From assembly GCA_963833095.1 (NCBI GenBank), contig CAWHWQ010000001.1:512001-576000 (forward strand): a stretch of 64,000 nucleotides of DNA, given 5' to 3'. The position numbers were made by a program, and so were the translations under genes. This document shows, one piece after another, positions 58,787 through 64,000 of this stretch. The notes below the pieces were generated by a model. It saw nothing but the letters and a program-made list of their open reading frames with translations, did no database searches and had not been told where the DNA came from. Numbering within the stretch: position 1 is the stretch's first letter; each line of letters begins with the position of its first letter. The stretch is from Vulcanimicrobiota bacterium. Its GTDB lineage: Bacteria > Vulcanimicrobiota > Vulcanimicrobiia > Vulcanimicrobiales > Vulcanimicrobiaceae.

Positions 58787-61503
58787 TGTCCAGGGTTGAC
58801 GCCGATGCAATGCGGCGCTATGAAAGGACGCGCGACGACCTCGTCGCGCGTTTGCTCGTCGTCGAGGAATCGGTCGGCGAGAACCGCCGCAAGGCAATTG
58901 CCGGCGTGCGGGCGCGACTCGAGCGCGGCAAATTCGTCCTCGCCGTTGTGGGCGAGTTTTCGAGCGGAAAGTCATTTCTGCTCAATGCGCTGCTCGGGAA
59001 ATTCCGATACGACGAGGGACCGGCCGGTCCGCGCCTGGTCGGGCTGCTCGCAGTTGATATCAACCCGTCGACGGCAACGATCACCGAGCTCGAAGCCGGC
59101 AAATCCGACGAGGCGACCGCGATCTTCGAAGACGGTCGCCGCGAACGCATTCCGCTGGACCGCCTCAATCGCTTCATCGCGGTCGGAACCGACAATCCCG
59201 GCGCGCTTCACGACGCAACCAAAGACGAACGTGACGCGCCGACGCGGGTCATCGTCAAGACGAACTCGCCCTTTCTCGAACGTGGATTCGTCGTCGCCGA
59301 CACGCCGGGACTCGCGTCGATCAATCCCGCGCACCGCCGCGCGACGTTGCAATTCTTGCCGACTGCCGATGCGGTGCTCTATCTCATCGACACGCAACAG
59401 CCTTTTACCGAAGGTGACGCCTCCTTTTTAGGCATCATCCGGCAACATATCGATTCGATTTTCATCGTTCAGACCAAGATCGATCTCTGGCAGCAGTTGC
59501 AAAACGATGGGCGGACGGCGTGGGAGCACGCCTACGAGCGAATAGCTGCGCTCGCCGCCGTGCACGCTCCAGGTACCTACGTCTACGCGCTCTCGGCTCG
59601 CGAGTACGTGGACGGCGTCCTCGAAGATGATCCGGCGAAAGTCGAGGCAAGCCGATTCCCAAAATTTCTCAACGCGCTCGACGCCTCACTGATCCGCCGC
59701 ACCGGCCGAGCTCGCCTGGCGCGCGCGCGCGATCGCGTAGCGGCGGCGATTGCCGACGAAAGTGCGCAAGTTGAACACGACGTCGCGATGCTCGCGCTCG
59801 ACCGCGAAGCGCTCGATGCGCGGCGGGCGCAGGTATTGCCCGCGTTACAATCGCTCGACGAGCGGGCCCGAGCGCAGCGTGAAGCCCTGCTAGCCGAGGG
59901 CCTTGCAACGCGCGCAGCTATGTCGGATCGGGGCAGCGAACTCAGCGCCGATCTCGAGCGCGGACTATCACAAGCTTTCGATACCGCCGACATCAACCGC
60001 TTGCGCGATCGCGAGCGGCTGCACATCATTGTCGACCGCGTCGTCGCACAGGTCGCGCAGGAGTTTGCAGACCACGCGGCCAGCGCGGTCTCGAGCGAAC
60101 TCGACGCGGCGATCGCGCGGGCGGAATCAATCGTCCCGCTACGCTTTGCGCAGAACGACGCCGCTGCGCGCGCCTTTGGAGCCGAGCCGGGTACGAGCCT
60201 GTGGAACGGAAGCGTGCGCAACGCGATCGCCGCGACGATCGTGCTCGAAGCTATCGGTGGCCCCGCGATCGGCCTGGTGCATGACATTGCAACACGCTTT
60301 ACCACGCAGCAAAGCGGCAGCTACATGAAGCGTGAACTCATCGCCGATCTACGCGCGGAGATCTTTCCACGATTTGCGACCGATGTGCTCGCATTCGCCG
60401 ATCGTGTGGGCGCGCGGCTGCAACACATCTATGACGAGCTTGCTCAGGCAATCGCAAGCGCGCTGCTCGAGCAGCGCGACGCGGATCTCGGCAGCATCGA
60501 TCGTTCTTTGATCGCCCATCGTGAAAGTCGCGTCGACCAGACCCGCAGCGATCTCGAAGCGCGCCGCGCGACCCTAGCGCGCGAGCTAGAGGCGATGCGC
60601 GATTTGGTCGGCGGATTCATGGAACGTGAAGAGGAGATCGCACCCGCGGATCCGGGGTCGGAGATCGTGCGCCGCTCGCACATCGAGGCGTCGTTCGATT
60701 CGGAAAGCTACGATCGCGGGCTGCGCCCGTCGCGCTGGCGTGTCGCGGTGCTCGGCGCGCTGCGCCGCGGAAAGAGCAGTCTGATCAACGCGTTCGCGGG
60801 AGCAAACGTCCTCACCGACGATGTTGCGGGGAGCGCGCGCTTCCCAATTCACGTGCGCTACGGCGAGCAGGAGCAGGCCTTCACGCTCGGAGACGATGCT
60901 CAGTGGCACGATATTCCATTCGAAAACGCGACGCAGGCGGCGGAATACGCACCGGTTTTAGTGCTAGTGCCGTGGTCGCTCCCGCGCGAGCTCGTGCTCG
61001 TGCATGCGCCCGCCTTTGATTCAGGCGAGCCGGACGCCGAGGACGTCAACGTAGTGGTCGCATCTCACGCAAGCGAGATCCTGTGCCTCTTCTCGCGCCA
61101 GCTTTCGGATCGCGAACTCGCGCTCTACGAGCGCGTCGCCGAGTTCAATAAACCGATGCTCTTCGCGCACACCATCGCGGATAATGAAGCGCCGAGCGAA
61201 CGTCGTCACGTGGTAGAGTTGGCGCAGTCGTATCTGCGCGAGCGCAACATTCCGGCCGAACGCATTTTCGTCGTCTCGGCGCACGAGTACGATCGAGCCC
61301 GTCGCGAAAAGCGCGCGCCTGCTGGTTGGAACGAAATGGAAGCGCTGCGCGCGACGCTGGAGTCGCATGCCGAGAGCCACATGGCCCGACTCGAGCGCTT
61401 GGCGCGGGTAACGGCGCCCGCGCAGGCTCCGGCGGCACCGGCGCAAGCTCCGGCGGAGCAACCGGCGGGCTTCTTCGCACGTATGTTCGGCAAGGGGCGC
61501 TGA
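58786..61503 (+). CDS. Bacterial dynamin-like protein with a second, degenerate GTPase domain
   Basis: First G domain GEFSSGKS / DTPG / TKID; long helical region; second P-loop GALRRGKSS; C-terminal GFFARMFGKGR. Confidence 0.85.
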   Translation: MSRVDADAMRRYERTRDDLVARLLVVEESVGENRRKAIAGVRARLERGKFVLAVVGEFSSGKSFLLNALLGKFRYDEGPAGPRLVGLLAVDINPSTATITELEAGKSDEATAIFEDGRRERIPLDRLNRFIAVGTDNPGALHDATKDERDAPTRVIVKTNSPFLERGFVVADTPGLASINPAHRRATLQFLPTADAVLYLIDTQQPFTEGDASFLGIIRQHIDSIFIVQTKIDLWQQLQNDGRTAWEHAYERIAALAAVHAPGTYVYALSAREYVDGVLEDDPAKVEASRFPKFLNALDASLIRRTGRARLARARDRVAAAIADESAQVEHDVAMLALDREALDARRAQVLPALQSLDERARAQREALLAEGLATRAAMSDRGSELSADLERGLSQAFDTADINRLRDRERLHIIVDRVVAQVAQEFADHAASAVSSELDAAIARAESIVPLRFAQNDAAARAFGAEPGTSLWNGSVRNAIAATIVLEAIGGPAIGLVHDIATRFTTQQSGSYMKRELIADLRAEIFPRFATDVLAFADRVGARLQHIYDELAQAIASALLEQRDADLGSIDRSLIAHRESRVDQTRSDLEARRATLARELEAMRDLVGGFMEREEEIAPADPGSEIVRRSHIEASFDSESYDRGLRPSRWRVAVLGALRRGKSSLINAFAGANVLTDDVAGSARFPIHVRYGEQEQAFTLGDDAQWHDIPFENATQAAEYAPVLVLVPWSLPRELVLVHAPAFDSGEPDAEDVNVVVASHASEILCLFSRQLSDRELALYERVAEFNKPMLFAHTIADNEAPSERRHVVELAQSYLRERNIPAERIFVVSAHEYDRARREKRAPAGWNEMEALRATLESHAESHMARLERLARVTAPAQAPAAPAQAPAEQPAGFFARMFGKGR

Positions 61504-61535
61504 CGAGGCAGGCGTCGAACCCGCTTCTTCCGGTT

Positions 61536-62687
61536 ATGACCACCACGCTAGGACCGGCTTTTCTCGCCATCGGAGACGGAACATCGACCGTCGGCCGCAT
61601 TGTCATAGAGAACGGCCGCATCGCGGCGATCCTGGGTGCCGACGGCCCCTCCGATTATCCGCTCCCCGCGGGCAGCAGCATCGCTCCTGGCCTGATCGAC
61701 GTTCATACCAACGGCGCGGGCGACATGCTCTTCAATCGCGATCAAGGCAACGCCGTACCGGTGGCATCCTCCGAGTACGCGCGCATGGGCGCGACCGGCT
61801 TTGTTGCAAGCGTGATGACGGCTCCGTTTGAATCGATGCTGCACATCGCATCCGAAGTGGTCGATGCCGCGCACGATTTGGAAGAGGATGAGCCCCACGG
61901 CGCGCGCTGCCTCGGCGTTCACTTCGAAGGTCCGTTTCTCAACCCGAAATTTCGCGGCGTGCATCGCGGCGAGTGGCTGATGCCTGCATCCGCGTCACGC
62001 GCAAAAGAAATGGTCGACGCCTGCAAGGGCGCGTGTCTCCTGGTGACGATGGCGCCGGAAGTCGAGGGCGCCGCCGACGCAATGCGCGTCTTCTTGCAGC
62101 ATGGCGTGGTCTGCTCGGCGGGTCACACCAGCTCGCGCTACGCCGACGGCATGCTTGCTATCGGCCTCGGCTTTCGTTCGTTAACGCATGCGTTTAACGG
62201 AATGCCGCCGCTCATTCATCGCGATCCGTCTATTCTCGCGGCGTTCATCCAGGATCGCCGCACGATGGTGCAAATTATCGGCGACGGCTATCATGTCGCG
62301 CCGGTGATGGTCGACATCCTGTATCGCACCGTCGGCGGACGCATCGTGCTCGCGACCGATCTGATGCCGCCCCCGGATACGACCTATCACATTGTGGGCG
62401 GGGTGATGCGCGCGGGTGACGGCACAATTGCGGGCAGCGCGCTGCGCATCGATCACGCCGTACGAAATTTCATGTCCTACGCCGACATCTCGTTCGAAGA
62501 AGCAGTCATGGCCGCAACGCATGCGCCCGCGAAGCTGATCGGACTCGAAGGTGAGATGGGGCGCATCGCGCCGGGCATGCGGGCCGATCTCTCGTTTTGG
62601 GATGCGCAGTACGCTATCATTGGCACGATGGTCGGTGGAACCGTGGTTTACGGGCCGCGCGCGGGCACCAAAACACTCGCCTCATGA
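61536..62687 (+). CDS. nagA: N-acetylglucosamine-6-phosphate deacetylase
   Basis: PGLIDVHTNG, GVHFEGPF, TMAPE, GHT, THAFNGM, DGYH, ATD, IAGS. Confidence 0.88.
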   Translation: MTTTLGPAFLAIGDGTSTVGRIVIENGRIAAILGADGPSDYPLPAGSSIAPGLIDVHTNGAGDMLFNRDQGNAVPVASSEYARMGATGFVASVMTAPFESMLHIASEVVDAAHDLEEDEPHGARCLGVHFEGPFLNPKFRGVHRGEWLMPASASRAKEMVDACKGACLLVTMAPEVEGAADAMRVFLQHGVVCSAGHTSSRYADGMLAIGLGFRSLTHAFNGMPPLIHRDPSILAAFIQDRRTMVQIIGDGYHVAPVMVDILYRTVGGRIVLATDLMPPPDTTYHIVGGVMRAGDGTIAGSALRIDHAVRNFMSYADISFEEAVMAATHAPAKLIGLEGEMGRIAPGMRADLSFWDAQYAIIGTMVGGTVVYGPRAGTKTLAS

Positions 62688-63949
62688 TTGCGGCTGCGAC
62701 AACGCTCCTCGAGGCAATTTTCGGGGAGTCGTTCCGCCGCGACTTCGACGTCCGCTTGTGGGACGGCACGACGCTCCCCAGCATCACCGATCGCCGCGAT
62801 TTCACCTTCATCGTCAACACGCCCGGCGCGCTGCGCAGAGCGTTCACGCCGCCGCTCGAGCGCAACGCAGGTGCCGCGTTTATTTCGGGCGCCATCGACG
62901 TCGAAGGCGACCTTACTGCAACGATCGAGCGTCTCAATGTCGCCAACGACGCGCACTCGGCACTGCAGAGGGCGCGCATCGGTCTGCTCATGTTGCGTCT
63001 TCCACGCGAAGCGCGCCTCGCACCGCCGGGTGCGCAATTGCGGGGCAGGCGCCACTCGCCCGAACGCGACCGGGCGGCAATCTCATACCACTACGATCAT
63101 CCGGTGGGCTTTTATCGCGCCTTTCTCGATGCGAACCTGGTCTATTCGTGCGCCTATTACGACGACGGCGTGGACGACATCGATGCGGCCCAGCGCGCAA
63201 AGCTCGACTATATCCTGCGCAAGCTGCGGCTTGAAAGCGGCATGTCGTTTCTGGATATCGGCTGCGGCTGGGGCTCGCTGGTCATCGGGGCGGCGCAGCG
63301 TGGCGCGCAGGCGCTTGGCATCACGCTCAGCCGCGTGCAGCACGACGAAGCCAATCGCCGCATCGCGGAGCTTGGTTTGGGCGATCGCGCGCGCGTGGAA
63401 CTACGCGACTACCGTGACCTGCCCGGGCTCACCTTCGATCGAATCGCCAGCATCGGCATGGTCGAACACGTCGGCCGCTCGATGTTGCCCAAGTATTTTG
63501 CCGCGGCTTATGCCGCTCTGCGACCCGGCGGCCTGTTTCTGAATCACGGCATCACCGAGCAAAGCCCCGGACGCAAAGCGCCGAGCAACCCCTTCATCGA
63601 GCGCTATGTCTTTCCCGACGGCGATCTCGTCGCCATCTCCGACGGCCTCGTTATCGCTGAACGCAGCGGCTTTGAGATTCGCGACGTCGAGAATCTACGC
63701 GAACATTACGCGCGGACGCTGCGTGCCTGGGTCAACAACCTCGAACGCAACCGCGACGAAGCGGTTGCGCAAGCCGGCGAAGCCGCCTATCGCATCTGGC
63801 GGCTTTACATGGCCGCCAGCGCAGTCTCGTTCGATAACGCTTCGATCGGCATCTATCAGTCGCTGCTTGCGCGCCCCGACGCGAACGGTCGCGTTACGAT
63901 TCCCGCGACCAGGCGAGATCTGTACGCCCCCTTGTCGTCCCGAGCGTAG
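62684..63949 (+). CDS. cfa: Cyclopropane-fatty-acyl-phospholipid synthase family methyltransferase
   Basis: ISYHYD, YSCAY, LDIGCGWG, SIGMVEHVG, FIERYVFP, REHYARTL..W. Confidence 0.9.
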   Translation: MIAAATTLLEAIFGESFRRDFDVRLWDGTTLPSITDRRDFTFIVNTPGALRRAFTPPLERNAGAAFISGAIDVEGDLTATIERLNVANDAHSALQRARIGLLMLRLPREARLAPPGAQLRGRRHSPERDRAAISYHYDHPVGFYRAFLDANLVYSCAYYDDGVDDIDAAQRAKLDYILRKLRLESGMSFLDIGCGWGSLVIGAAQRGAQALGITLSRVQHDEANRRIAELGLGDRARVELRDYRDLPGLTFDRIASIGMVEHVGRSMLPKYFAAAYAALRPGGLFLNHGITEQSPGRKAPSNPFIERYVFPDGDLVAISDGLVIAERSGFEIRDVENLREHYARTLRAWVNNLERNRDEAVAQAGEAAYRIWRLYMAASAVSFDNASIGIYQSLLARPDANGRVTIPATRRDLYAPLSSRA

Positions 63950-64000
63950 CGCAGCTTGTCATCCCGAGCGTAGCGCAGCTTGTCATCCCGAGCGTAGCGC
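63931..64000. repeat. Tandem 24-bp REP-derived repeat array (runs off the window end)
   Basis: CTTGTC(G/A)TCCCGAGCGTAGCGCAG x3 (63931-54, 63955-78, 63979-64000 partial); no spacers. Confidence 0.85.

Noticed and set aside
63931..64000. 24-bp direct repeats as a CRISPR array
   Set aside because: Repeats are head-to-tail with no spacers, there are no cas genes, and the unit matches the REP arm seen at 24.8 and 50 kb.
1..64000. Integrase, transposase, prophage, tRNA or rRNA genes
   Set aside because: No recognisable motifs by eye; the pilus/flagellin locus has no visible att sites or mobility genes.

Overview
High-GC bacterial chromosomal window from a diderm (TonB-dependent BtuB, probable outer-membrane usher). 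Gene style is reminiscent of Ca. Eremiobacterota/Vulcanimicrobiota, but that is only an impression. Much of it is housekeeping or metabolic: Trp degradation (TDO, kynureninase), MATE, suhB-like IMPase, an M-box-controlled split MgtE + NRAMP-type Mg2+ transporter, a diguanylate cyclase, PucR + a divergent glutamine-synthetase-like protein, RidA, AKR, aromatic amino acid decarboxylase + histidine kinase, a complete Rex-boxed nuoA-N operon, Na+/H+ antiporter, cobU, hflX, a cobalamin-riboswitch btuBCD/btuF cluster, PP2C, PMM/PGM, a tandem dynamin-like protein, nagA and cfa. The most striking accessory system (5.1-17.8 kb) is a non-canonical chaperone-usher-like pilus locus: an usher-like beta-barrel with Cna-B-like repeats, a ~1450-aa Cys-rich adhesin, a major pilin, a chaperone and two minor pilins. 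It is transcribed divergently from a lone atypical flagellin. Three matching sigma-28 (FliA)-type promoters, CsrA-type GGA hairpins in the leaders and a candidate Csr/Rsm-like small RNA suggest the pilus is wired into the late flagellar regulon. A TGTCATCC-type palindromic repeat family occurs as a 255-bp nested intergenic element, as in-frame insertions in coding sequence and as a tandem array. Dense indels at 31-47 kb, and fewer at 6.4-20.3 kb, look like uncorrected long-read errors, so gene ends there are approximate.
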